A stretch of 64,000 bases of DNA from the human T2T-CHM13v2.0 reference genome, Homo sapiens, in NCBI RefSeq assembly GCF_009914755.1, contig NC_060942.1. One strand, written 5' to 3'. Positions 1-14,710 of this stretch are shown here, one piece after another; positions within the stretch are counted from its first letter, which is position 1, and each line of letters begins with the position of its first letter. Position numbers and translations under genes: made by a program. The notes below the pieces were generated by a model. That model worked only from the letters and a program-made list of their open reading frames with translations, searched no databases and had not been told where the DNA came from.

Positions 1-1029
1 ACAATGCACAGCATTGTATAGTATCTGATGAATGAACCAATGAATATAAAATATCTTCCTTATTTAGACCATAAGCATTTTTTGGTGGCAAAATTTATGC
101 TTTTTATTCATTTTTCTTCATTGCACAGTGCCTTATGCACAGCAGGGGCTCAGCAAATATTTGTTGATGGAGTGACAGCATGAGAATACTGCTGAGAAAA
201 AGAGTGGGTGAGGAGGTGAGGACCCAAGCCACCTGGGACTATTTGGTCTGGCTAACCACAAACACAGTTCAAATCAACAAACCCACTAAAGAGGGCTCAG
301 TCTCATCATTCTTAAAGCCACAGTTTGGTGCTTTGGTTGTACCTTAATTAGTTATGAATTGTTTGATTCGGCATGCCATTTAATGTTTGCAAAACTTTCT
401 CCAGGTTGCAATTTCCATAGTAGGAAATGAGTCCAGGGTGTATTTTTTCATGAAAAATTTCTGCAACCGAAGAAGGGGCTTGAAATCTAAAATATCTGTG
501 ATTCCCTTGGTGCTAACTGTGAAGAAAGGACACTCAGGCTTTTAGAGATTCAAGGATCATCAACCAGTTAGCTATGGACAATCTGGTCCAAGCTACATGG
601 AGGATTTTCACAGATATTTACAATTCTCCTCCCTTTCCCCCTTTGCCTTTTCTCTTCATTCTATCCAAATTTAAAGAATAAATTTGCACAAAAATAGTAA
701 AAACACTGTATTTAAAAAAATAAGTTTTTTATTTAGCAAAAGTAAGAACACAAACAATTTACAAGAATAGGAAATACAGAAAAAAATAGTTCTAGATTAT
801 ACAGCAAGCTGGCCAAATGTGTGCTTCAGGTATCAGCAAATGTAGAGTAAGAGAAAGATTTTGTTTTGTTTTGTTTTTTAAGGGTGTGCTGTTTCAGATA
901 TTTTCAAAGGAACATTCAGGTAGTCATCATCAATAAAAAACCGATCGGACTTACTTATTATTATTATTCTGTGGTTTATTGTTGTTTGTATTTTGAATTA
1001 AATATGAGGATGAACACCATAATATTTTT

Positions 1030-1195
<166 letters not shown>

Positions 1196-1534
1196 TAGAT
1201 CTTAATCTGGACCTCGGAGAGTCAAATTATAAAATGATACATTAGCCACACTTGGAAATATTGTGGGTTAATTCAGGGTCTCCACTCTGTAACTTTTTGC
1301 ACTGAAGTTAAATGCACACAGTTATCATGACTACAACCCTCTTAAAGGTGTTCTTCTGTGCATGTTAGATTGACCCCCAGAGAATACATGGTTAATAAGA
1401 TTGTTAGATAGCATATATTGTTACCATTAACTTTTAATTTTTTTCTTGCATATAACTCAGGAAAACTGGGATTATGAGCAAGATCCTGAGACCACAAAAG
1501 TATCTGTATCAGGGAGACTTTTAGGGTAGTCAAA

Positions 1535-1812
1535 GTATTCTGTTTGACACAATATCATGGTGAATACATATCATTATACATTTGTCGAAACCCATAGAAC
1601 ACACAAGAGTGAACTTTAATATCAACTATGGACTTTGGTTGATAATGGTGGGTATATGTTCATTCATTGGTTGTAACAAAGGTACCGCACTGATGTGGGA
1701 TACTAATGGTGGGGGAGGCTGTGTGTGTGTGGCACAGAGGGGTTAAGTGGGAACTCTGTACTTCATACTCAATTTTGCTGTGACCCCAAAACTACTCTAA
1801 AATATAAAGCCT
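1535..1812 (+). mobile_element. L1MC-type 3' end fragment
   Basis: cattatacatttgtcgaaacccatagaa...tatggactttggttgataat...ggaactctgtactt...caattttgctgtgaccccaaaactactctaaaa resembles the old L1MC 3' UTR. Confidence 0.7.
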
Positions 1813-1835
1813 ACTAATTAATTAAATATGTAATC

Positions 1836-2996
1836 CATCATGCATTGCTTAACCACAAAGATATGTACTGAGAATATGTCCTTAGATGGATTCGTCATTG
1901 TGCAAACACCATAGCGTGTACTTACACAAACCTGAATGGTGTAGCCCACTACACACCTAGACTACAGGGTATGGCCTGTTATTCTTAGGCTACAAACCTG
2001 TACAGCATGTTATTGTACTGAATACTGCAGGCAACTGTAACACAGTGGTATTTGTGTATATAAACAGAAAATTTTAAATGGTATAAAAAATTTAAAAATA
2101 CCTGTATAGGGCACTTACTATGAATGGAGCTTGCAGGACTAAAAGTTTCTCCAGGTAAGTTAGTGAGTGGGTGGTGAGTGAATGTGAAGGCCCGGGATGT
2201 TACTGTCCACTACTGTAGACTTTATAGACACTGTACACTTAGACTACACTAAGTTTATTTTTAAAACTCTTTTATTTCGTTAACAATAAATTAGAGAAAG
2301 CTTACTTTGACTTTTTTACTTCTTAAACTTTTTATTTTTCAAAACTTTTTGACTCTTTTATAATAACACTTAGCTTAAAACATAAGCACATTGTACAACT
2401 ATGCAAAAATACTTTTTTATATCCTTATTCTATAAGCTGTTTCTTATTTTTATTTTTGTTTACTTTTTAAACTTTTTTGTTAAAAACAAAGACACAAACA
2501 CACACATTAGCCTATGCCTACATAGGATCGGGATCATCAGTATCACTGTCTTCCATCTCTGCATCTTGTCCCACAGGAAGGTTTTCAGGGACAATAACAC
2601 ACAAAGAGCTGTCATCTCCTATAATAATAGTGCCTTCTTCTGGAATATCTACTGAAAAAGCTGCCCGAGGCTGCTTTACAGTTAACTTTGTTTTAATAAG
2701 TAGAAGATGTATACTCCAAAATAATGATAAAAAGTATTGTATAGTAAATAGGTAAACCAGCAACATAGTCATGTATTATCAAGTAGTGTGTACAGTACAT
2801 AACTGTATGTGCTATAAATTTATACAACTGACTGGCAATGTAGTAGGTATGTTTACACTAGCATCACTATAAACACGTGAGTAATGCATTGTGACAGGAC
2901 ATTATGATGGGGCTATGACGTCACTAGGCCAGTTTCATTATCATCGTATGGGGCCACTGTCATATATGCGGTTTCTCGTTGTGTGGCGCATGACTG
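1836..2996 (-). mobile_element. Tigger3b/GOLEM-type (TcMar-Tigger) non-autonomous DNA transposon, ~1.16 kb
   Basis: Left end (ca)tcatgcattgcttaac and right end gtggcgcatgactg|ta are the CAGTCATGCG terminal inverted repeats; internal ggctacaaacctgtacagcatgttattgtactgaatactg is typical of Tigger3. Confidence 0.85.
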
Positions 2997-2999
2997 TAT

Positions 3000-3023
3000 A
3001 CACACACACACACACACACACAC
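3000..3023. repeat. (AC)n microsatellite abutting the Tigger3 TA target site
   Basis: Direct reading. Confidence 0.95.
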
Positions 3024-5289
3024 CAGCTCAAAACACACTTCCTACTTAGTGGGAGCTTTCTGTACTTAAAAATGATGATGGAAAATGGATAATACAGTAT
3101 TGAGTATCAATCAACCCAACAAGAGAAGAAAGACACCTTATCTCACCTTAAAGAAGTAAAGAAGGAAAGAGAGAGAGAGAGTATGGGAGTGGGAGTGAAG
3201 AAAGAAGGGAAGAAACAGAGTCCTATTGAAATAATTACCCTGGAATATGGTGGCCCTGAGGTTTTGCCATGCTGGCAGTGGGCGTATATGGCCTTGCAGT
3301 CTAGTTGTGGGAGGTGATGATTGCTATCCATTGTAAGGTCCAGGATGGCAGTATTAGCCATGTCACAACCACTCAAAGAATAGCCTTAGACTAGTTGAGA
3401 TTAATAGAATAGACAAGGCATTAAAAAACCAGGCAGAAAAAAGAGCATTTAGAACTCTGCTTACCCATAGGAAAAAACAGACTGAAAATACAAAATAACA
3501 AAATAATAGTAATAGTAGTAACAAGAATTGGGATCCCAGACACTAGCAACAAAAATCTATACAAATCCATTATTAAGAATAAATGCACTGAAATAGAGGG
3601 GTTTGTACCACTGTAGGGGATAATTTTTAAAACCAGCTGTGAGTGGATTTTGTTTTTTGTTATGTGTGTGTGTGGTTTTTTTTTTTTTTTTTCATAATGA
3701 GATGATCTCAGGTAAGGGAAATTTTAGGCTGAATGTCAAGAAAAAAATTCCTGACTGTAAGAACTATTGGATTACAAAGTGGTCTCTCAAGGGAAGGAGC
3801 AGAAACACCATCTGCACTGCTCTGGGAATAGGTTTGTTAGTTAAATTGTACTCCTTTTCTTAGTTGACTGCTTGACATTTCAGCAACAGAGCCAAATAAT
3901 TCATGGGTCAACTAAGAAGAGTGCTTATTATAATCATCTTTTAAAATCTCCACCAACAGCAGTGAATTAGAAAAAAAATATAGTTGCTATTTTATTCTAC
4001 ATGATAAAGGCTGTCAGGTTTTTACAGTATGAAATCTCTTCTTCAATACCCTTGGATTGCTTTTTAAATGATCGCTGATATCCATAAAAAAGAATGCCCT
4101 GGCAGTGCTAAGAAAATAGCATTTGAGAATTGACTAGAAATAATGAAGAGGAATTGTGTCCACTATTTGTACAAAACTGCTGGTAGGATCGTAGCCATCC
4201 CTTGGACTTCAAATAATAACCTTGCTAATAATAAACTATATTAAAGCCAACAACAAACCAAATGACTTTTAATTCTCATGGAAGCAGAAAAGAAAAGACA
4301 ACAGTTAAAGTAAAAGAAGGCTTGCAGAGAATCAATAAATTAAGGACTGCAGATTGTGACATTATTATCCTGTAAATACTCCTTAGTGATTCTTCCAGGA
4401 TCTCTTCAAACAAAGAAATAGAAAATTAACACCATCCCATCCAATATTAGCACAGAATGAATTCAATAAAGGTGAGATACTAGTGCTCTTAGGGCCTGGG
4501 GCAAATTACTGTGTGCTCTCATCCTCTAACACCTTGAATAGAGTTAGACATGGTCATCAAGGACAGCCTTGAAAGGCAAAAGAAGGCAAGGAGAATTCCA
4601 AAATGGACAGCACGCCATTTGGGCATTGTACAAGGCAGACGGCCCTAACTCCCCATATATATAACTCTTAGGTAGTTTGGGGCACTTATGTCACCTCCTT
4701 TGCCCTACCTGCCACCTGTCTGTAGCTCCAGCCAGTGGAATCTCTGAATATCAGTGATTTTCCAAGCATCAAAAGGAAGAGAAGGAGGATAATATATTTA
4801 TCTAAACATGTATAGGTTAACCATCAGAACCAATTGTCATGTTAGGGCAATGTTCCTCAATCACTGAAACTACTATAGGAAGAAGAGCAGAAAGGATGTA
4901 CAATCCTCATGAATGTGTCAAAAATTACATTAATTGCTGTTAAAGTATCTTGCCTCTTTCTATTGAAAAAGCCAAATAAAGATGAGAGTCAATAACACAA
5001 AAGGTATATACATAAGAAACCATAATGAAATAATTATTCAGATACTTCATCGGCATAGGGTTAAAAACATAGCAAGGTTATATTAGACCACATAACATAT
5101 ATACAGGTATATAAAAGCACTTATAATACTAGGTCTGAAATAGATATCATCTAGTTCAGCTTCTATACAGATAACCAATATTGACTAAGTAAAGCTGAGA
5201 GGTGACTGAGACCAGACCAGAAATGTCCAATTACAATATATTGTGATGCCCTTTCTCTTCATAATATAGAGAAATATATTTAAAGCCTT

Positions 5290-6000
5290 TTAGTTAGTTA
5301 ACTCTACACCCAGACACTATTTTAGGCACAGAGAATGCAATGACAAGCAAGAAAGACACAGTTGTCCTTACAGAGTTTATGGTTTGGCTGGGAAGACAAA
5401 TAAGTAAATAAAAATAATAAAATGTGATAAGCATTATGAAGGCGAAGTCTAACATATAGTAGAAACCTAAACTCATTTACAGATCAGGGAAAAGCCCTCA
5501 AGGAAATATTTTTAAGTTGAAGCCGAAAGTATGAGGTAGACAAATGTGAGAAAGTAGGGACAAAGAGGTGTCCTGGACAGTAGCAGAGGCCTGTGGGCGA
5601 GGGAGAGGGGATGTTAAGTTGGAGACAGAAACAGAAGGGTGAAGAGTGAGGAAAGAGAAGGCCAGGCAGAGGATGGTGAGAGATGACTCTGAAGAGGTGA
5701 GTAGGAAGGCCCGGAAGTCCAGGTGAGAGTTTAGCATGGGGAGTGGGAAGCCACTGAAAAGGCTTAGTAGGGGAATTGAAATTATTATATTTGTGTTTTG
5801 GTGTGATCAGTCTGGCTGCATTGTGAAGAGATGACGGAAAGGGAAAAGAGTAGAGACAATCGTCTCGTTGGGAGGAATGGGATGAGATAATGGTAGTAAA
5901 GGCAAAATGATATGGGTAGGTTTACCAGGTGAAATGGGGGAGCTTTGTTGACTGACTGGATATGGGAGCAGTGAGGGGATGGAGAAAGTCAAGACTTTTT
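5290..6000 (-). mobile_element. L2 fragment
   Basis: ccagacactattttaggcacagagaatgca...aagacacagttgtccttacagagtttat...gggaagccactgaaaaggctt; purine-rich antisense L2 3' region. Confidence 0.7.
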
Positions 6001-6061
6001 CTTAGGTTCAACACATGGGGAAATGCAGAGAGAAGAGGAGATTGCCAAGAGCTATATAGAA

Positions 6062-6063
<2 letters not shown>

Positions 6064-6106
<43 letters not shown>
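6064..6106. repeat. (TG)~21 microsatellite
   Basis: Uninterrupted TG run. Confidence 0.98.
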
Positions 6107-6107
<1 letters not shown>

Positions 6108-6859
6108 GAACTTATGATGCTAGAAGAGAAATGATAATCCTATCCCCAAAGCTGCCAGGAATTTCCAATGCATAACCCATTATACACCACTAACATCACA
6201 TGGGACAGATAATAAAGCATGGAGACTGAAAACATTTTACGAGACTTTTGGAAGAAATGCAAATTTCCTAGAAAGATATTTGCAATCAGAAGCAAATCCT
6301 TGGGCAGATGGAGCTAGGAGAGTTAGAAGAGCATTCCCTGAGCAAAACTCCTGTGGTAGGAAACACTCGGGGTGAGTGACAAATGCACTGGGACGTTGTG
6401 AAAGATGTGTTTGCAGTTGGGCTCAGAGAACACAGAGAGTCGTATGTGGAATTAGGCACACCTGTGCGTAGCACAAAATGCTTCAAAACAAAACAGTGGC
6501 TTCTCTCTCACCAGAGGGGAAACAAATGACAAATGGAAGCTTCAAAATTGCCCCAGGGCCATCACATACAAAGTCTGATATGCTGCCCAGCACAAATGAC
6601 TTTTCCCTTTCTCCTTCCAGCTTCTGGCCAGCACAGCTTCTATTTCTGAGTCCCTCTAACTTTGGGAAGAAGCAGGTACAGCCTCTTTGACCAGCTTTGC
6701 AGATCAGGTTTCTGCTTCCGACTCCATTTCACCACTGTTTCTTTAGAAGGAGAACTTAAACTTTCCAGATGTTCAACCCCTCTGCTCTAGCAAACCTTTT
6801 AAAAAATAAATCTTTCATGAAATTCTCCAATACCAGCTTGTCAGCACTTGCTCTTAATT

Positions 6860-7290
6860 GGTGCCTTAGGGTGCCTCCAAACTCAGACCCTCAGACAAGG
6901 AGAAGCCAGAAAGCTGTGTGCTGGGAAGATAAAGGGACACTTGGGGGGGTAAGAAAGTGAGGGGACAAAGGACAGAGAGTCAGTAAAAAGGTGTGTTATC
7001 AAGCCAGCTGCCACTATAGGTCACTGGAAATTAATCAGAGTTACCCCACACAACAGATTGGGAGTTTGGGTATTTCTACACCAAATCCCATCAGTCACAG
7101 GTTGAGGGCTTTGGGGGTGTGTATGGGTAGATGAGGGCTGTAGATTCTCATAGGAGTAGCAAAGTGTTGGGGGAAAGCCCTCAAGCAAAAAATAAAAAAT
7201 AAAAAAGCATATTCTGGCAGTGGGAGGTCAGCAGGTGTGCACTGATGTGGTAAGGGTGAAGAAATATGGGTGAGACACTGAGAGTGTGTC
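6860..7290 (-). mobile_element. ERVL solo LTR (LTR16-like)
   Basis: cagaccctcagacaagg...aaaggtgtgttatcaagccagctgccactataggtcactgga resembles the LTR16 family; diverged. Confidence 0.55.
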
Positions 7291-8804
7291 CTAAAGTTAG
7301 CAACAGAGTAGATTCCCCTATATGGGGCAGGGGTAGGGGTAGACTAAATGGTAATTGACAACAGATACGCATGCATCCACACAACAGAAGAGATGTGTGA
7401 CTTCACATTTGATGGCTTCTTGAAAAACAGGAGAAAGCATACAGAAGCCATTTTATCATGGTACTGGGATGAGAGATCAGACAAGAGAAAATACAAAACA
7501 AATATTTCCTCTGAGAAGGTTAGGAATAACATTGTCAGTGTCTAGGTCAGAACAGTGGCTAGCCACTCTTGCTTTGCTCTTTTGAGGACATTGGATTACT
7601 AGCAAATGCTATTTGACAGGTACAAGTTTGGGCCATCAGATTTCCCTAGTTCCTTCCAAGCTCTAAACATAATAGTTCTACAAACCAACTTAACGGTTAT
7701 GTGTGAGCGTACACACACACACACACACCACAGTAGCTTAATTTAATTTCCTAAATTAAATCCTCCAGAGCAGACCCCAGATCTTGAGCTTTACTTCAAC
7801 TCATCCTCCTGCCCAGTACATCGATCTGCATATTGTCAATGCAGATGATAGACAATGTGAAGCAAGAGGAAGAACCACATACGTTTAATGCTTCTCACCT
7901 GGACTCACAGGGAATTCATAGTACTGCAGATGTGGCACTAGCCCTAGCACTGAGCTTCCTTGTAGGCTAGACACAGCATTTTCTAAAAACTAAACATGAA
8001 CTTGAAATTCAGTTGAACTTCCAAGAACTGTGGTTTGAAGTAGTAGGTAAATCACTGCAGGACAGCTCTTCAGGCCAACAGAGTCATCTGATGGAGAGGC
8101 AGCTCTATCTGAGGTGCTAGCAAGGACTTGAGGGGGAACAACAGAAAGAGATGTTGGTCTACCTTGCTCAGCACAGGTGTTATCTCTCCATTTTGATATC
8201 TCAACTACTTACCTTGACACTCTGTGTACACCAAAAGCAATAAAGATAAAATTGTACTGTCCAAATATAGTAAAAGGTTGTCAGTGAAGGACAAACAAGG
8301 CCACATATTTAAATGTTAGCATCAATCTCTCTACAAGAGGCTCAGATCTGTGGGAATTAATGACCCAAATTAGTACGCTAAAGCAGCTTTTCAGTTTCTT
8401 AAAAGAAAATTAAGGTGGGGCCCTTTAAGAAGAAGAAAAATATGTATTCATATGAGTCTGACTCTGAGGTTCAGAAGTCATGGAGAGCAATTTTTAAAAA
8501 CTAGACCCCAGGTTATGGGATTCTGAGAGTCATACCTAGGAAGAAGCCTACCACTTTGTAGGTAGCTAGATAGGATCTCATAAAAAGAAAGAGGAATATT
8601 GACCAGCCCATGAGTTCCTTCCCTTTCCCCATGTCTCCCTTTTCACAAAGCCTGGCAGATGTGTCAAGGTGACTAAGCCTGTACCAAATATCTTACTTTT
8701 GCATATCTTTGGTTTGACTTAAGAACTTCTTTAAAAAGGCTTAGATATGTAAGTCTTCAGTATTAATTTTAAACATAGTCCAACAAGGCTAGAATGATAA
8801 TATT

Positions 8805-9040
8805 ATAGGATGTCTTGGAGCACAAGTCCTTGAGTCAGAGGTATATAAGTTCAAATCTTAACTCTTTCCCACACTGAGCACATGACCTGCACCTACATAC
8901 TTTCCTCTTTAAGGATTTACTTTCTTATCTAAAAGTGCAAATGACAATAGCATCTACTTGTAAGGCTTAATGTGATGAGTAAAGGAGCTAATGAATAAAG
9001 CATAGTACTTGGCAAGTAGTAAATACTCAATACCTTTTAA
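8805..9040 (+). mobile_element. MIR
   Basis: gagtcaga...aagttcaaatcttaactct...ttcttatctaaaagtg...acttggcaagtagtaaatactcaata. Confidence 0.65.
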
Positions 9041-9129
9041 CTAGTGGTGGTAGTGAGGGTGGTAATAATTGTGTTGATGGTTGAAATAGAAGAAAAGTTC
9101 AACTTTCATCAGGATGCTAGGAATTAGTG

Positions 9130-9510
9130 CTGTGTACCTGAGAGTCTCAGCTGTCCTCTTTCCAGGCACATGGTAGGACTGCACTGCCTATCCACTCCAG
9201 AGTTAGATATGACCTTGTGAAACATTGACCACATGAAATATGAATGCAAGAGATCCACGTCGCTTCTGGGGAAGTTTCAAGAGCCACTGTGTCATCTACC
9301 TTTCACTCTTTTTCTCTCTGCTGTGACAATCAGTAATGTTCCTGTTAGTGCTATTATTACTAGCTCTGTCATCACAGAGATAAGTCAACATGGAGCAGTG
9401 CCCCTAACTAATCCATGATGGGCATGTAGCAGTAGTAGAAATGAACTTTGTTGCCTTTGCTACTGTGATTTGGGGGCTGTTGTCCTGCTTCCATTCTGAA
9501 ATGCTGATTC
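9130..9510 (+). mobile_element. MLT1 (MLT1I/J-like) MaLR LTR
   Basis: ggcacatggtaggactgcact...agagccactgtgtcat...tgggcatgtagc...aaatgaactttgttg...gatttgggggctgttg. Confidence 0.6.
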
Positions 9511-10673
9511 TGATATATAGGAAATATTAATTTGATGTCATATTGTGGCTTCCACTTCCCCATTTTCAATGGAACCATTACTTCTACAAGGAAGTTGTTG
9601 CATAAGCTACTTGGGTACTCTCCTCATGAACAGTTACTAAATGCTTACTTTGAGTAAAGAATGAAAGCATAATGATTTGCCTTTTCTTGCCTGCCTTTAG
9701 AGCAATATAGTTCTTTCCGGGAACATGGCCACAGAGAATAGGCAGAGTAAGATAGCCAAATGGAAGCCTCTACCAATGGTCTTCCCCCACAGAAACACCA
9801 AATTGAACAACTATCTGTGCAAAAAACACCTCATACGAACCAAAAATTAGGTGAGTAATCACAGTACCTGGTTTTACTTACATCTTAAGCAGAAAGACTA
9901 AAAGATGAACCAATTAAAAATAATACCTATGACAATGTTTCAAGACATAGATGGTACAATCAGATATGAATAGAAACAACCAGAAGTTTAAAAGTGAGGG
10001 GACACATTTAAAATGTAAAGTTTTTATTAGTTTTCTTTTGCCTGTTTGTTTCTTTATGCAATCAGTGTTAAGTTGTCATCAGCTTAAAATAATGGGTTAT
10101 AAAATATTTTCAAGCAACATGGTCACCTCAAATTAAAAGACATGCAATAGATACACAAAAAATAAAAAGCAAGAAATTAAGACATACCACCAGAGAAAAT
10201 CACCTTCACTAAAAGGAAGACAGGAAGAAAGAAAAGTAGGAAGAGACAACCATAAAACCAGCAGAAAATCAATAACAAAATGGCAGGAGTAACTCCTTAC
10301 TTATCAATAATTACATGTAATGTACATGGACTAAACTCTTCAATCAAAGTACATAGAATGGCCAAAGAGATTTAAAAAACAAGACCCAATGATCTGTTGC
10401 CTACAAGAAACACCTTCACCTATAAAGACACACAGACTGAAAATAAGGGAATGGAAAAAGATATTCCATTCAAATTGAAACCAAAAATAGCAGGAATATC
10501 AGTCAAAATAGATTTAAAAACAAAAACTACTAATAAATACAAAGAAGGACATTATATAATGAAAAAGGGTCAATTCAGCAAGAGGATATAAATATTTTAA
10601 ATATATATGCACCCAATACTGGCGCACCCAGATATATAAAGCACATATTATTAGAGCTAAAGAAAGAGATAGA

Positions 10674-11135
<462 letters not shown>

Positions 11136-11224
11136 TCATCCAACAGCTGTAGAATACACATTCTTCTCCTCAACACATGGATAGTTCTCAAGGATAGACC
11201 ATATGTTAGGTCACAAAAAAACTC

Positions 11225-11527
<303 letters not shown>

Positions 11528-11711
11528 GCAACTCTTAAAACATTCAAAAAATTAAAATTATATCGAGTATCTTCTTTGACCATATGGAATAAAACTAGAA
11601 GTAAATAACAAGAGGAATTTTGGAAACTATGCAGACAAATGAGGATTAAACAATATACTTCTTAGTGACTAGTGGGTCAATGAAGAAATAAGAAAGAAAT
11701 TTAAAAATATC

Positions 11712-12018
<307 letters not shown>

Positions 12019-13347
12019 AGAAATTTAAAAATATCTTAAAACTAATGATAATGGAAACACAACATACCACAACCAATGCAATACAGTGAAAGCAATACTA
12101 ACAGGGAAGTTCATTCATAGCTATAAGTGTCTACGTCAAAAAACAGAAAAATTTCAAATAAACAGTCGAATGTTACATCTTAAGAACTAGAAAAGCAAGA
12201 GCAAATCAAACCCAAATTTAGTAGAATAAAAGAAATATTATAATAAAGATCAGGGCAGAAATAAATGAAATTGAAATGAAGAAAACAATATAAAAGATCA
12301 ATGAAACAAAAAGTTGGCATTTTGAAAAAATACACAAAACCAACAAACTTTTAGCCAGACTAAGAAACAAGAGGGAAGACCCAAATAAATAAAATCAGAG
12401 ATGAAAATGGAGATGTTAAAACTGATACTGCCAATGGACGAATGGGATCATATCAAGTTAAAATGCTTCTGCACAGCAAAGGAAACAATCAACAAAGTGA
12501 AGAGACAACCCACAGAAAGAGAGAATATAGTTGTAAATGCTCCACCTGACAAGGGATTAATAACCAGAATATATAAGGAGCTCAAACAACTCAATAGGAA
12601 AAAATCTAATAATCTGATTTAAAAATGGGCAAAAGATCTGAACAGACATTTCTCAAAAGAAGACATACAAATGGGAAACAGTGCTCAACATCATTGATCA
12701 TCAGAGAAATGCAAATCGGAACCACAATGAGATATCATCTCACCCCAGTTAAAGTGGCTTTTAACTGAAAGACAAACAATAACAAATGCTGGTAAGGATG
12801 TGGTGAAAAAAGGACCCTCATACACTGTTGGTGGGGATGTAAATTAGTACAACCACTAGGGAGAACAGTTTGGAGGTTCCTCAAAAAATTGAAAGTAGAA
12901 CTTCCATATGATCCATCAATCCCACTGCTAAGTATATACCCAAAAGAATGGAAATTATTATATCGAAGAGATATCTGTACTCCCATGTTTATTGCAGCAC
13001 TATTCACAATAGCAAATATTTGGAATTAACCTAAGTCCATCAACAGACAAATGGATAAGCGGAATGTGGTGTATATATACACAGTGGAGTACTATAAAGC
13101 CATAAAAAAGAAGAATATCCTATCATTTGCTACAACATGGTTGGAACTGGAGGTCATTATGTTAAGTGAAATAAGCTAGGCACAGAAAGACAAACTTCAC
13201 TTGTTCTCACTTATTTGTGGGAACTTAAAATGAAAATAATTGAACTCATGGAGATAGAGAGTAGAAGAATGGTTACCACAGGCTGGAAAGGGTAATGGGA
13301 AGTGGCAGGAGTGGGTATAGTTAATGGGTACAAAAATATAATTAGAT

Positions 13348-13641
13348 GGCCAGGCGCAGTGGCTCACGTCTGTAATCCCAGCACTTTGGGAGGCCGAGGC
13401 AGGCAGATCACGAGGTCAGGAGATCGAGACCATCCTGGCTAACACGGTGAAACCCCGTCTTTACTAAAAATACAAAAAATTAGCTGGGCGTGGTGGCGGG
13501 CACCTGTAGTCCTAGCTACTCAGGAGGCTGAGGCAGGAGAATGGCGTGAACCCAGGAGGCGGAGCTTGCAGTGAGTCGAGATGGCGCCACTGCACTCCAG
13601 CCTGGGGGACAGAGCGAGACTCCATCTCAAAAAAAAAAAAA
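13348..13641 (+). mobile_element. AluY
   Basis: gagatcgagaccatcctggctaacacggtg, gaatggcgtgaaccc, ggagcttgcagtgag; TSD atataattagat at 13336-13347 and 13645-13656. Confidence 0.93.
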
Positions 13642-14710
13642 TACATATAATTAGATAAAATGATTAAGATCTAGTATGTCATAGCACAATAGGGTAACTA
13701 CAGTCAACAATAATTTATTGTATATTTAAATATAATTAAAAGATTATAATTGGATTGTTTGTAACACAAAGAAATGATGAATGCTTGAGGTTATGGATAA
13801 TCCATTTACCCTGATGTGATTTTTATTATACCTGTATCAAAATATCTCATCTACCCCAAAAATATGTACTCTATTATGTACCATAATAATTAAAAATAAA
13901 ATTTTTAAAGTTTATTTAAAAATATTGTAAGGAGAGATGGAAGTACTGGAGGTCTAAATTCTATACAGCTCCTTAAAAAAAAACAGAAACATGGCTACAG
14001 CTTCTTTGTTGTTAAATTGGTTGATAGTCCAGAAATTTACAGAGAACAGATGGTAGATGTTTTCTCTATGACACATCTAGTGTTATCCTGTTCAGTTTCC
14101 ATGGCTAAGGTGATGAGATGAATTCACTTCAGTTAAAGGACATAAAACCAGGTCTTAACCTACAATACGAGAACACTGCATTTTGACAAAACACCCAGTT
14201 AGGATTCCTGTAAAATGTCTGCTGTTAAATTGGCAGAAACTCCAGTCCCATCACTTGGACATCATATCCCATATCTGGATACAACAAGCATGTGATGAAA
14301 GCCAAACGAAAAATACTGTTAAGCTATATACAGAAAGAATCATGTGTGTTACCAGTTCTAGTTCAGACTTGGCAATAATTTCAGTTCCTCAAGGGGTGGA
14401 AAAGAAGGAAAGAGAAGGGAGTTAAAATATGGTGAGCAGCTATAGATCTTCCGAAAAACTCCTGGCACTGAGGATACAATAGTAAACAAGACAGACATGG
14501 TTCCTGCACTCATAAGCAAGGATTATAATGATAGAGATAGGAAATGTCTAAATAAATAAAACACTTTCAAGTTTCTATAAGTGCGAATGAAAGACACAAA
14601 TAAGGTGTTTGGAAAATATACAAGGGAAATTGAAGCCATCAAAGACAGTAAAGTGATCCAATTCAGGTTTGTATAACCTGTGTAACTACCACTCATAAAA
14701 ACATGCAGAG

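Noticed and set aside
1-17. acaatgc-aca-gcattgt hairpin resembling a SOXE dimer site
   Set aside because: Short, at the window edge and probably within a decayed L2 tail; expected by chance
7323-7341. G-quadruplex candidate ggggcaggggtagggg
   Set aside because: Only three G-runs
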